Source: a bacterium
Lineage (GTDB): Bacteria; Electryoneota; Electryoneia; Electryoneales; Electryoneaceae
Assembly (NCBI GenBank): GCA_963669175.1
Contig: OY769902.1
Coordinates: 841,348-905,347 of the forward strand
DNA: 64,000 bases
Direction of reading: 5' to 3'
The notes below the pieces were generated by a model, which saw nothing but the letters and a program-made list of their open reading frames with translations, was not told where the DNA came from and did not search any database. Shown here one piece after another: positions 1 to 9,297 of this stretch. The position numbers and the translations under genes are program-made. Position 1 is the first letter of the stretch. The number at the start of each line of letters is the position of its first letter.

Positions 1-592
1 AATGAACCAGACGCGCGAACTGTTCCTTGCCTGATCCGGTTTCGCCTTCGATCAGGACCGGTACATCACGGTGGTCGTGCAGTTTCAGCGCTGTCTGGGC
101 CAGGGCGCGAAGGTCAGTGCTGAACAGGCCCAGTGTGGACCCGTCCGGGAAATGAATTTCAGAAGACTCTTCATGGCATTCCGGTGATCCGGGGTCAAGC
201 TGTGATTTTTTATGCTCGTTCAGGGTGCGTCGCTGGACAAGGCGATTGATGACGGCGACCAGTTCCCTGGCCTGTACCGGTTTACGGAGGAAGTCGGCAG
301 CGCCATTGCGCAAGGCTTCGACAGCCGTGTCCACATCAGCAAACCCGGTCAGCAGAATGAAGTCGGTTTCGGGGAGCGAAGTATCCTGCTTGACCTTTTC
401 CAGCAGATCCAGACCACTGAGCCCCGGCATGCGGATGTCGGAGATGATAATGGGAAATGGTTTTTCACGGTGCAGTTCAAGCGCACGGGTGGCGTTATCG
501 CAATCAGAAACCTCGTGTCCCATCAGACCTTCCAGGATACGGCAGACCACCCGGCGGCTCTGGTCATCATCATCCACGTGCAGAATACGCAT
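1..592 (-). CDS. sigma-54-dependent response regulator (NtrC/Fis family), partial; C-terminus lies beyond window start
   Basis: Minus-strand ATG at 592. Translation MRILHVDDDDQSRRVV... gives a receiver domain followed by the sigma-54 AAA+ motif IEGETGSGKE. Antisense to the plus-strand ORFs 212-741. Start is 2 bp downstream of the kinase stop. Confidence 0.8.
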   Translation of the reverse strand, partial: MRILHVDDDDQSRRVVCRILEGLMGHEVSDCDNATRALELHREKPFPIIISDIRMPGLSGLDLLEKVKQDTSLPETDFILLTGFADVDTAVEALRNGAADFLRKPVQARELVAVINRLVQRRTLNEHKKSQLDPGSPECHEESSEIHFPDGSTLGLFSTDLRALAQTALKLHDHRDVPVLIEGETGSGKEQFARLVH

Positions 593-593
593 C

Positions 594-2942
594 TTACACC
601 TCGTGGTCCGTTAGCAGGGGAAACAGAAGGCGGAACGCTGCGCCGCCACGTTCCAGGTTGCGTGGGGTTATCCTCCCCTGGTACTGCTTGACAAACATGT
701 GTACGATTGCCAACCCCAACCCCATACCCTTGCCCGGTTGACGTGTCGAATAGAAAGGATCGAACAGGTCATCCATGATCGTGGTCGGCAGTCCCGGGCC
801 ATTGTCAGCGATTTCGATCACCGCCTGTTTTCCTTCGATACCGGTAAACAGACGGATGCGTTTGACCGGACGCTCCACTTCGTCCAGCGCGTGGATAGCA
901 TTGACTACGAGATTATTGATGATCTGTTCCATCTGCACCGGGTTGCCCTGTACCAGGATGGGGGTGCCGGCGAGGTTCAGGTCGATACGGATGGCGTGGT
1001 TCTGGACCTGACGTGTTACCAGTGCGAGGGCGTTTTTCACGGCCAGGTTCAGATCAACCGTGTCCAGTTGCCCCGGTTGTGGCGCTTGCCAGTAGGAGCG
1101 CATATGATCTATGATGGATGCGATCCGCTCTGAGCCGCCGGACACTTCCCGCAACATCTCAGACACAAAGTCTGGAATTTCGCCGGGATGTTGATCACGC
1201 CAGAGGTCAATCCCTTCACTGCTTAGGCGAATAGCGTTCAGCGGCTGGTTGATTTCGTGGGTAATGCCTGCGGCCAGTACACCGATTGAGGCTAGGCGGG
1301 AGGTTTCCTCCGCAAGCTGAATCGCTTGCCTGCGTTTTCGTTCCACATCATGCGCGGCGGTGACATCCCACAAGATACCCAGCGCAGCGGGTTGGCCTTC
1401 CCATTCCACATTGGAAATACCCAGCTCAAGCTCAAGGCGTTTACCTGCTTTCGAGCGCGCCAGGAAAGCAAGCGGCTGATCCAGGAGAGGGGATGAATCC
1501 TTCGCATGCAAGCGTGATTCCACAAGACCCTGGTCCGCATCATCCACAAAATCGGTAAGGTGGTAACTGTCAGAGCCCAGGTTCACATCATCCAGTCCGA
1601 ATAGTTTTCGGAAGCCTGGATTGGCCAGCATGATCCGGCCCTGTTTCAGGACACAGATCCCTTCCTGGGCATGTTCGAATATCCTGCGGAAACGAGACTC
1701 GCTGGTCCGTAACGCCTCCTGCGCCTGTTCACGTTCGATGATTTCATGTTCCAGCCCGGTGACAGCCTTCTTCAGTTTCACATTCAGACGGTGGATATAA
1801 ACAGCCGTTGCCAATGTTGCCAGCAAAGCCAGCACAACAGCGAGGAAAACCGGCCAGTAATGACGCCACAACTCACGAGCCGACACCTCCCCGTAATGCT
1901 CGTACGGCGGGGCTTTCAGGGCCATCAGGATCTCATGCACACTCTGGTAATTCTGTGGAATCGTCCAACCGGCGCTATGGGACGCCAGCGCTGCAGGATT
2001 GCGGGGGTTCATTTGCAGCAGCCGTGAACTGACCTCTTCAGCCAGCAGGGGGTCAGTGCTCCTGAGTACCGCCATGGGCCATTCGGGGTATAACGCTGTA
2101 GAATAGATGTAGGGATAGTCGGGGTACTCCTGGTCGGTAAGGGGAATCACACGATACCCATCGAGATGGATCTTGCCTTCCTGTACCATTCGTTCCAGGG
2201 TACCGGTTCGTATCGCCCCGATTTCGACACGGCCATCGCGCACAGCGTACACCACCTCATCGTTGCTGTCCAGCCATTCAATGGAGCTGAAGAGTTTTTC
2301 CGGGGTATATCCAAGGCGCATCAGTTCATACTTGACATCATACCAGGCGCCAAAGGCTTCCGGGTGAACCCCGGCAAAAGAAGCGTTTTTCAGGTTTACC
2401 GTTGCTTCGCCGTTTTGACGATCAGCGCGTGCGATCAGCACACCACCGAACCCGGTAACCACTTTCCCCTCTTCCGCGTTTTTCAGCGTGGCAATACGTG
2501 TCAAACCGTATCGTTGCTCGAGCAGCACATAAAACGCCGGATTGGCCAACAGAAAATCAACGGAATCCCTGGCGACAGCAGATTCGATATCATCATACCC
2601 AAGCGGAACGATGGTGAAATAGTATCCGGGCATGGTATAGGAAAGGTAATTCGCTGTCGGGGACCATTTTTCCAGGCAGCGTTCTTTAGAGCGTTTAATC
2701 AGAACACCGATGCGCACCTTGTGCAGCGCGTCCAGCTTTGAACTGTCCGATACCATCGGACCCTGGGTGATGGAGAAGAAAACATCCGGGGGGTAATGTG
2801 ATGTTTCGGGGGGGCCGGAACTCGGGTCAGTAAAATAAGTCTGGGGATAGGGTTGCTGACCGGGCGGCTCTGCCAGACATGCACCGAAAACCAACAGTAC
2901 TCCCAGCAATACTATCAGCCAAACAGCCTTGTTTCGGTACAT
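594..2942 (-). CDS. sensor histidine kinase with periplasmic PhnD/SsuA-like solute-binding domain, PAS, HisKA and HATPase_c
   Basis: 782 aa. N-terminal signal/TM, then a periplasmic ABC-type substrate-binding-like domain, a TM segment, PAS, H-box ITHEINQPLNAI, and G-box GKGMGLGLAIV at the C-terminus. Confidence 0.8.
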   Translation of the reverse strand: MYRNKAVWLIVLLGVLLVFGACLAEPPGQQPYPQTYFTDPSSGPPETSHYPPDVFFSITQGPMVSDSSKLDALHKVRIGVLIKRSKERCLEKWSPTANYLSYTMPGYYFTIVPLGYDDIESAVARDSVDFLLANPAFYVLLEQRYGLTRIATLKNAEEGKVVTGFGGVLIARADRQNGEATVNLKNASFAGVHPEAFGAWYDVKYELMRLGYTPEKLFSSIEWLDSNDEVVYAVRDGRVEIGAIRTGTLERMVQEGKIHLDGYRVIPLTDQEYPDYPYIYSTALYPEWPMAVLRSTDPLLAEEVSSRLLQMNPRNPAALASHSAGWTIPQNYQSVHEILMALKAPPYEHYGEVSARELWRHYWPVFLAVVLALLATLATAVYIHRLNVKLKKAVTGLEHEIIEREQAQEALRTSESRFRRIFEHAQEGICVLKQGRIMLANPGFRKLFGLDDVNLGSDSYHLTDFVDDADQGLVESRLHAKDSSPLLDQPLAFLARSKAGKRLELELGISNVEWEGQPAALGILWDVTAAHDVERKRRQAIQLAEETSRLASIGVLAAGITHEINQPLNAIRLSSEGIDLWRDQHPGEIPDFVSEMLREVSGGSERIASIIDHMRSYWQAPQPGQLDTVDLNLAVKNALALVTRQVQNHAIRIDLNLAGTPILVQGNPVQMEQIINNLVVNAIHALDEVERPVKRIRLFTGIEGKQAVIEIADNGPGLPTTIMDDLFDPFYSTRQPGKGMGLGLAIVHMFVKQYQGRITPRNLERGGAAFRLLFPLLTDHEV

Positions 2943-3038
2943 GTTTCCCCCATTTCGAATGCCCTAATATACGGTTCTGAAATGGGACGGGAAACCGGAA
3001 TCAGGAGGGGGTAGTTGACCATTTGAAGGTGAACAATA

Positions 3039-4608
3039 ACTACTCTTGAAAATAAACCGTCATGATAGTATCCGACGAACGATTCATAGGTGACTAGGAA
3101 TAAGCCTATGGAAAAAGGGGACAGTTTCCTTTTCCAGAAATACTTCAGAACTATTCTGTATAAGCGCGAGGAAAAGGATCCCGTCCCCTTTTCCCGGCAA
3201 TCTCTATTATGACGGAATAAAATCGAGTTCCTATGTTAAACGACAGGCGCATCAAGTCGTGTTGGAACTGCTATCTTAGCAGTATTCCATTTTTCCAACA
3301 CAAGGAGAAGCGCCATGTCGAAGAACCAAGTTATTGCAGCGGACCGTTCATTGTCTATAGGTCTGGATGTTGATTCGCAGACTTCTTTCGCCGTTGTGCT
3401 CGACACCCAGACTGGTGAAGTGCTCTTTGAGAATCGGATCAAGCATGACTCAGCCGCTTGGGAACGCTTCTTTGCCCGTTTTCCCAACTGCCGCATGTGG
3501 GCGTGTTATGAAGCGGGCCTCACCGGCTTTGGCCTCTGTCGTTACCTGATCGGCCAAGGTGTTGACTGCCAGATCGCGCCGCCCAGCCAAGTTCCCAAAG
3601 GGGCGCAAGCGAAGCAGCAGAAGACCGATCATCTGGATGCCCTTACCTTGGCCCACATGTTCTGGACACCACCTCGTACCTGGGTACATGTCCCCACAGA
3701 ACAGGAAGAGGCGGATCGTCAGTTGTCTCGCACCCGTGACCAGGTGATGAATGATCGCGTTCGGGTCAAAAACCGAATCAAGAGTCTGCTATTGTTTCAC
3801 GGTTTACAGTCACCGTTTCCGCCGCAACGCTATTGGACAAAGGAATACCGGCGCTGGTTGCGAACGTGTGATTGTCTGGCTGCGACACGGATAGCCATTG
3901 ATGTTGCTCTCGATGAGCTGGAGGCCATTGAACAGCAACTCAAGGTGATCACCAAAGCGATCAAGGCGATGAATGCGTCCGCAACGTATCGGGACCGTAC
4001 CCAGCGCCTGTGCCAGGTGAAAGGCGTGGGCGAGCTGACCGTGAACGCCTTCGTGACCGAGATGTATCGTCCCGAACGCTTCGCATCCGGTAAGCAAGTC
4101 GGCGCACATCTTGGCTTGACGCCGTGTGAATGGTCAAGCGCCAACACACGCCATATGGGACACATTACCCACTGGGGACCGTCCCATCTACGAAAACTAT
4201 TGGTCGAAGCTGCGTGGCGTTGGGTGCAAAAAGATCCGTATGCAAAGAAGAAATACGATGCGATCCATGCCGGGAAAACACGGAAAGTGGCGATCGTCGC
4301 CATGGCACGAAAACTAGCCGTGATACTGTGGGCCATGCTGGTCAAAGAACAAGACTACAATCCTGCCTGCGTATAACCCCAGCACTGCTGGCAGGTAGGT
4401 AAAGCATAGATTGTGATTGAATCGTCCGATGCCATTGGGAACACGCGACCCTGGTAGTTATTCTGTTGCTTGACAACGATTCGAGTTTAGGGCGCCGCTG
4501 TTCCGTGCGAACAAAAAACTTGTGCCACGAGCACGAATAGCAGAACGGCACATGGGACGATACAAAGGCTCTTTACACCCTTGACTGTTTACATAGCAGA
4601 ACAGCTAT
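3039..4608 (+). mobile_element. IS110-family insertion sequence, copy 1 (about 1570 bp, no obvious terminal IRs)
   Basis: Essentially identical to 45012-46687 apart from a 110-bp duplication present in copy 2. Single transposase ORF. 5' leader contains palindromic GGAAAAGG/CCTTTTCC motifs. Confidence 0.8.
3315..4376 (+). CDS. IS110 family transposase (DEDD-type)
   Basis: 353 aa. N-terminal IGLDVDSQTSFAVVLD (IS110 N-domain) and C-terminal GVGELTVNAFVTEM...GLTPCEWSSANTRHMGHITHWGPSHLRKLL (IS116/IS110/IS902 C-domain). Confidence 0.9.
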   Translation: MSKNQVIAADRSLSIGLDVDSQTSFAVVLDTQTGEVLFENRIKHDSAAWERFFARFPNCRMWACYEAGLTGFGLCRYLIGQGVDCQIAPPSQVPKGAQAKQQKTDHLDALTLAHMFWTPPRTWVHVPTEQEEADRQLSRTRDQVMNDRVRVKNRIKSLLLFHGLQSPFPPQRYWTKEYRRWLRTCDCLAATRIAIDVALDELEAIEQQLKVITKAIKAMNASATYRDRTQRLCQVKGVGELTVNAFVTEMYRPERFASGKQVGAHLGLTPCEWSSANTRHMGHITHWGPSHLRKLLVEAAWRWVQKDPYAKKKYDAIHAGKTRKVAIVAMARKLAVILWAMLVKEQDYNPACV

Positions 4609-4822
4609 ATTTCGCATGATAGATCGTCATCAGGCATCACATTGCGACCTGACGACAGCGAGAGTGCTGATACCGGTGGCAGGTCACAACGCGACAATAA
4701 CAGGACGAGAGGTGGTTTCAGTATCATGTGCATTCAGAAATACATTGCGAAAGCCGAAAACGGAATGTCGCGTCAAGACCTGCCACAACTTTGCCCGGAT
4801 GTACAAATTCTTGTGAGGAATC
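4609..4822 (+). repeat. MITE-A fragment (right 2/3 of a ~340 bp element, truncated by IS110 copy 1)
   Basis: Aligns with 20850-21103 and 62690-62912. Ends in right TIR ...CAAATTCTTGTGAGG. Contains hairpin GTCATCAGGC...GACCTGACGAC. Confidence 0.55.
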
Positions 4823-4840
4823 CATTTTAAGCGGCTGATT

Positions 4841-5764
4841 TTACCCTGCAGGTTTATCTTTCAAAAATGTCCCGTCATGGTATTCCGCAAACGCCTGCTT
4901 GAGTTCTTCCTGTGTATTCATGACAATCGGTCCACCCCAGGCGACCGGTTCACCGTGCGGTTTTCCGGAGACAAACAGCAGGCGCATACACTGTTGGTTT
5001 GTTTTCAACGGCGCCGTTGTACACGGTCCAAGCTTATACACAAATCCCGCTTCGATCCTGCGAGCGTCCTCATGTCCCAGCGTACCCTCTCCCTCAAAGA
5101 CAAACAGGAATGAACGATACCCCTTTTTCTCGGGAATCTCACAACTTGCCCCCGGTTCAAGGAAGATATCGAAATAGTCCACATCCACCAGCAAATCCCG
5201 AAGGGGACCATTTGAACCATTCAATGAACCGGACACCAGCTTGACCGTAACACCTTCGGCAAAATCGATCGTAGTGACGTCGCTGGCTTTCACTTCACGA
5301 TAAGCCGGGGCGGTCATTTTAAGTGAGGCGGGCAGCTTGACCCAGAGCTGAAATCCACGCAAGCGTCCGTCCGTAAGCTGAGGCATCTCCTGATGAACAA
5401 TCCCGCTGCCCGCAGTCATCCACTGTATGTCACCGTCACGGATTGTCCCCTCGTTACCCAGGCTGTCGCCATGTGTCACTTCGCCGTGCAGCATGTAAGT
5501 GACCGTCTCAATCCCACGGTGCGGATGCCAGGGAAACCCCTTCAAATAGTCTTCCGGCCTGTCCGAGCCGAAATCATCCAGGAGGAGAAACGGATCAAAC
5601 ATGGGGACTTCACGATTCCCGAACATGCGGTTCAATCGTACGCCAGCGCCTTCCAGGGTTGGTGTTCCGGCAATGGCGGTCTCAATGACACAAGGGATGG
5701 ACATGGTGACCTCGCTGGTGGTGGTTTCAACGTGTTCACAGGGAACCGTATTTTTCTGTGGCAA
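4841..5764 (-). CDS. pirin family protein (cupin; quercetin 2,3-dioxygenase-like)
   Basis: 307 aa with pirin N-domain signature HPHRGIETVTYMLHGEVTHGDSLGNEGTI...GDIQWMTAGSGIVHQE and a pirin C-domain. Confidence 0.85.
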   Translation of the reverse strand: MPQKNTVPCEHVETTTSEVTMSIPCVIETAIAGTPTLEGAGVRLNRMFGNREVPMFDPFLLLDDFGSDRPEDYLKGFPWHPHRGIETVTYMLHGEVTHGDSLGNEGTIRDGDIQWMTAGSGIVHQEMPQLTDGRLRGFQLWVKLPASLKMTAPAYREVKASDVTTIDFAEGVTVKLVSGSLNGSNGPLRDLLVDVDYFDIFLEPGASCEIPEKKGYRSFLFVFEGEGTLGHEDARRIEAGFVYKLGPCTTAPLKTNQQCMRLLFVSGKPHGEPVAWGGPIVMNTQEELKQAFAEYHDGTFLKDKPAG

Positions 5765-6246
5765 TATATTAGCTGAGCTGTTCAGGTTGTAGTAAGGAAG
5801 GGATAGAAATAAACGTAACAGAGGTTTGTCCTGTTATAGTGTTGCTCAAACAATATATCCCATCATGTCATTCCCGGCCTTATGCGCCGAGGCGTATTGA
5901 ACGGGGATCTCGTTGTTTTTCTATTTCATGGGATAATGTTTATACAACCATAGTCGTTCCCGAAAGTCTTTTCCGTTTCAGGGTAACGGTAGTTACTTTC
6001 AGGCACAAAACATTTGTTCTGTATAGAGTTTGACTCTCTCTTATTGCTCTCTTTCGAAAACATATTTTGTTGTTTTAGCAGGCTTTAGCCTGCTCTTCTT
6101 AGCACCCGGCTTCAGCCGGGGTGAGAAGATGCAAACAACATTCTGAGCACGCTTTAGCATGCTTGCCTGGTATAAATCCTGATTCCGGAAAGCACCCTGA
6201 AGGGCGCTCACCACTTCTTTAGCACAACGAACACCCCGGCTGAAGC

Positions 6247-7118
6247 CCTGTCTCATACCCACATCTTCTGAAAGCTGTATCAGTAAAAGAGTTGTGGACA
6301 TAGCATTTTTAGAATCCCGGCGGGATTCCCTATTTTAGCATAGTGTACAGGCCGTCTGTTTGGCCTGTACACTATGTCAGGTATTCTAACGAATAATCAA
6401 CCCTGGAAGGGTTGCATAATACGCGATTCATATTAGTACGTTCAATAAATACAGGAAATAACGCATTTTATATTCTATACAAACCAATTGGGTGTAAATT
6501 ATACGTTATGCAACCCTTCCAGGGTTGAGATAAGGTTTGATCTTTTTCGTAGGGTAGACGCTAACCCGAATATTTCATGAACGGAACATGGATATTCATC
6601 TTAACACAGTTCATATCAACACAATACAACTGATTCATACAGCATTTTTCAGGGGACAGTTTGCTCCGGTATCCCTTTGCGTGTCTATTCCCTGTTTCGC
6701 TGGCAAAATAGGCTGAGAATCGGCAACCGCCCCGGCAGGGGCAACCTGTATTAGCCCCGGGCAGCCGCCGTCAGTTTGGCGGCTACCCGGGGAGATAATG
6801 CGCATCATATATTTACTCCGGAAGGAGTAACCTGATAATTATCAAAAGTATACAGTGGAAATATTCAGGCAACCCGCTGCCGGGGTTGGCAAGTAGCGTA
6901 CATCCTATTCCCACCGTGAGCGCCAAACAGACGGCGCTGGACGGTGGGCTAATACAGAGAACCACTGCCGTGGTTCTTGTACTGGCCATTCCATCAAATA
7001 CCAAATTTGAAATTGCATTGGTGAAATATTCGGGCTAAACAGACAGCGTCAACCCTACGCTAAAATATACCACCCCCTCTGGGGTGGCAGAAACACGAAG
7101 ATGTGAGCAAGAGACAGG
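6247..7118. repeat. MITE-E (TIR CCTGTCTCWTACCCACATCTTC) inserted into a MITE-C hairpin; itself carries MITE-D
   Basis: Ends 6247-6268 and 7097-7118 are inverted repeats. An uninterrupted 403-bp copy is at 63004-63406. Flanked by duplicated GCTGAAGCC from the target hairpin. Confidence 0.5.
6565..7028. repeat. MITE-D (464 bp, perfect 13-bp TIR CCCGAATATTTCA, 4-bp TSD CTAA)
   Basis: TIR 6565-6577 versus 7016-7028. CTAA sits on both sides (6561-6564, 7029-7032). Inserted in the loop of hairpin CGTAGGGTAGACGCTAAACAGACAGCGTCAACCCTACG, which is intact at 63305-63342. Confidence 0.65.
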
Positions 7119-7224
7119 GCTGAAGCCGGGTGCTAAAAAGAGCCTGCTAAAGCAGGCTGATAACTATTCGAATCAGCAAAAACTTTCGGGAACGACTATA
7201 CAATAGTGCAATACGGAAACGGGG

Positions 7225-7518
7225 TTATTCATTGTTGTTGACCAGTCTCTGTATTTTTACAAAGCCGTACAGTTGTTCCAGGAGTTGATTTGTGGCGCCC
7301 TCGCTGAGGGATCCGTCAGCGGCAGGTTCACTATCCCTTAATAATTCTTCCATCCAGATCACATAGCGCAGAAACATGACCTCCACTTGTTCGCGCTGCT
7401 CTTCAGAAAGATTGTTGAACAGGTCAGCTTGATCAAGGAAAGCTCGTTCCAGGCGGCTGGTGTGGATAGAAGGTTCAAATCGGTTCAGGATCAGCGCCGC
7501 TTCTCTGTACTTGTCCAC
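7225..7518 (-). CDS. hypothetical acidic 97-aa helical protein, last gene of the type I RM operon
   Basis: Start abuts the hsdS stop (7518/7519) on the same strand. No recognisable motif. Excess of acidic residues. Confidence 0.45.
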   Translation of the reverse strand: MDKYREAALILNRFEPSIHTSRLERAFLDQADLFNNLSEEQREQVEVMFLRYVIWMEELLRDSEPAADGSLSEGATNQLLEQLYGFVKIQRLVNNNE

Positions 7519-9297
7519 CTATACCCCCAGGGTCATCTGTTCGTTTGCCGCTGTTTTATTCGGCGCTTCGGTTTGGGATGGCAATGAATGGCCGTTGACC
7601 AGGTTGTGGACGATGGCATCCATCAATTTTTCGCTGTGGGATCGGGACTGGGTTAGCTTGGCTTCCAGATCGTCACATAACGCCATCAGTTGGTCGACTT
7701 TTTCAACGATGCGTTTTTGTTCTTCAAGTGGTGGAATTGGCACGGGACAAGCCCGAAGCTGTGTCTTATTTATAGATGCAAGATTGGTTGTTTGTTTGGA
7801 TGATCCTGCGAAATAGTCCCTGGCGGGGACAGAATTCAGGTATAATTCAAGCCACTTTTCGTTTTGTTCGTCAAGCAGTTTTCTTGCCTTGAAGACATGG
7901 TTTTGATGGATACATAGCGGAATTTCCAGATTCCAAATACAGGTTCGTCCGACTTTATCCCAATCACCACCTTCAGTTATCAGCAGGTCTTTGCTTTGCA
8001 AGCTGAATTTTTCTATTTCATCTTCAGCAATTTCAATTTCTTTGATCATTGACAAATCCAGATGACCGCGTTGTACATTCGCAACGCGAAGGTATGGCAA
8101 CGATACAAGCTTTCGACCTTCCAGTTTACGACCCTTTGTGACACCGCTGCTGATAATGGTCAAATCTTCAAAACGTACCCACTCCCAGTTACTTGGTAGC
8201 AGGAAGGGATTTAACGCCAATTTCGATTTTGGGATCGGCGGAAGCCTCTTTAATTCCCCAGTAGACAGTAGCTGTTCTTTCTTGTTATGGACTGCATTTA
8301 CCAAAGCTTCTGCGCTATCGTCGCTAGGGGCTTGTGGAACAAGTTTGCCCTGAACAGCAAGCTGAAGGATGGCTTGGCGAAGTTCCTGGATGGTTGCGGG
8401 GGTGTCGTACAGGATATCGAAATGATCGGCGATCCGATGCCAGGCGTGTTGGAAGGTCGACGGGTCGCTGGCGGTCGTCAGGGAATGTAGGGACGCTTTA
8501 TTCAGGTTAATCCGTACCGATACCATTTTCTGCTGCTGCTGTTCCAATTCATCACACAACGCCATTAGTTGATCGACTTTTGCAACGATGCGTTTTTGTT
8601 CCGGTAATGGCGCTACGGGGATCAGTGTCATCCTTGCGTCTGTTGTATTCAGTCTTGGCAAATTAATTCCGTAAGTTTTGTTATTTACATAGGTTATAAA
8701 ATATGGGCTTTTCAAAATCCATCGAAGATAATATGGATCCATTCCTTCTAACACTACAATGGGTACAATTTCAGTTGTTGAGTATCCTGCTTCATCCGCA
8801 ACTATTACTTTATCCAAATATGGACGAAGTTTACCATACAATACGTCATTCCTTCGAAAGGATGTTTTGGTGCTTTTGGGCCTTCGTTGTTCAACGGTTA
8901 TTCTTTGTAATAACCTTGAACTAGATTTTTCTATATCTTCTAATTCAAGCATCCAGCGGTCAGATACTAACTGATTTGGTTCATGATTTTGACGACCTTT
9001 ATATATTGTCGTTTCACCTAAACGATTCCATTTCCAGCTCAATGGAATATCAAATGGAATTTCATTACTTTTTATCTTCGGTAATGTCTTTTCGGTTCTA
9101 ATACCTTCAACCTTATAGTGCTTTTGTTTCAATTCATTCATCTTATCAAACCAGACAACAACCGATTCATCATCAGGATCTTGTGAGACAAGTTTACCTT
9201 GAACCGCAAGCTGAAGGATCAATTCACGTAGCATTTGAATCCCGTTCGGGCCTTCAGCAAGGTGTCCGAAATTATCCATGAACGTCTGCGGGGTCAT
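7519..9297 (-). CDS. hsdS: type I restriction-modification system specificity subunit HsdS (two target-recognition domains)
   Basis: 592 aa. Two AT-rich variable TRDs separated by conserved repeats (7621-7760 approx equals 8521-8640). 4-bp overlap with hsdM stop. Confidence 0.85.
   Translation of the reverse strand: MTPQTFMDNFGHLAEGPNGIQMLRELILQLAVQGKLVSQDPDDESVVVWFDKMNELKQKHYKVEGIRTEKTLPKIKSNEIPFDIPLSWKWNRLGETTIYKGRQNHEPNQLVSDRWMLELEDIEKSSSRLLQRITVEQRRPKSTKTSFRRNDVLYGKLRPYLDKVIVADEAGYSTTEIVPIVVLEGMDPYYLRWILKSPYFITYVNNKTYGINLPRLNTTDARMTLIPVAPLPEQKRIVAKVDQLMALCDELEQQQQKMVSVRINLNKASLHSLTTASDPSTFQHAWHRIADHFDILYDTPATIQELRQAILQLAVQGKLVPQAPSDDSAEALVNAVHNKKEQLLSTGELKRLPPIPKSKLALNPFLLPSNWEWVRFEDLTIISSGVTKGRKLEGRKLVSLPYLRVANVQRGHLDLSMIKEIEIAEDEIEKFSLQSKDLLITEGGDWDKVGRTCIWNLEIPLCIHQNHVFKARKLLDEQNEKWLELYLNSVPARDYFAGSSKQTTNLASINKTQLRACPVPIPPLEEQKRIVEKVDQLMALCDDLEAKLTQSRSHSEKLMDAIVHNLVNGHSLPSQTEAPNKTAANEQMTLGV

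Larger units (their letters stand above)
6074..7158. repeat. MITE-C (terminal inverted repeats built of stacked GC hairpins AGCAGGCTTTAGCCTGCT / AGCACCCGGCTTCAGCCGGGTG), carrying nested MITE-E and MITE-D
   Basis: Left end 6074-6125 is the reverse complement of right end 7119-7158. A compact 200-bp derivative sits at 53155-53357. Interior is occupied by other repeat families. Confidence 0.55.

Noticed and set aside
212-1133. Plus-strand ORFs 212-691, 225-614, 457-741, 699-1133
   Set aside because: They are antisense to well-supported minus-strand response-regulator and kinase genes, with no motifs of their own.
3830-4345. 171-aa and 99-aa minus-strand ORFs inside the IS110 transposase gene (and twins at 45888-46423)
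   Set aside because: They are antisense to the conserved transposase; the identical duplication simply reflects IS identity.
6041-7004. Small ORFs 6041-6301 and 6813-7004
   Set aside because: They lie entirely within MITE hairpin arrays; the reading frames are created by palindromic repeats.
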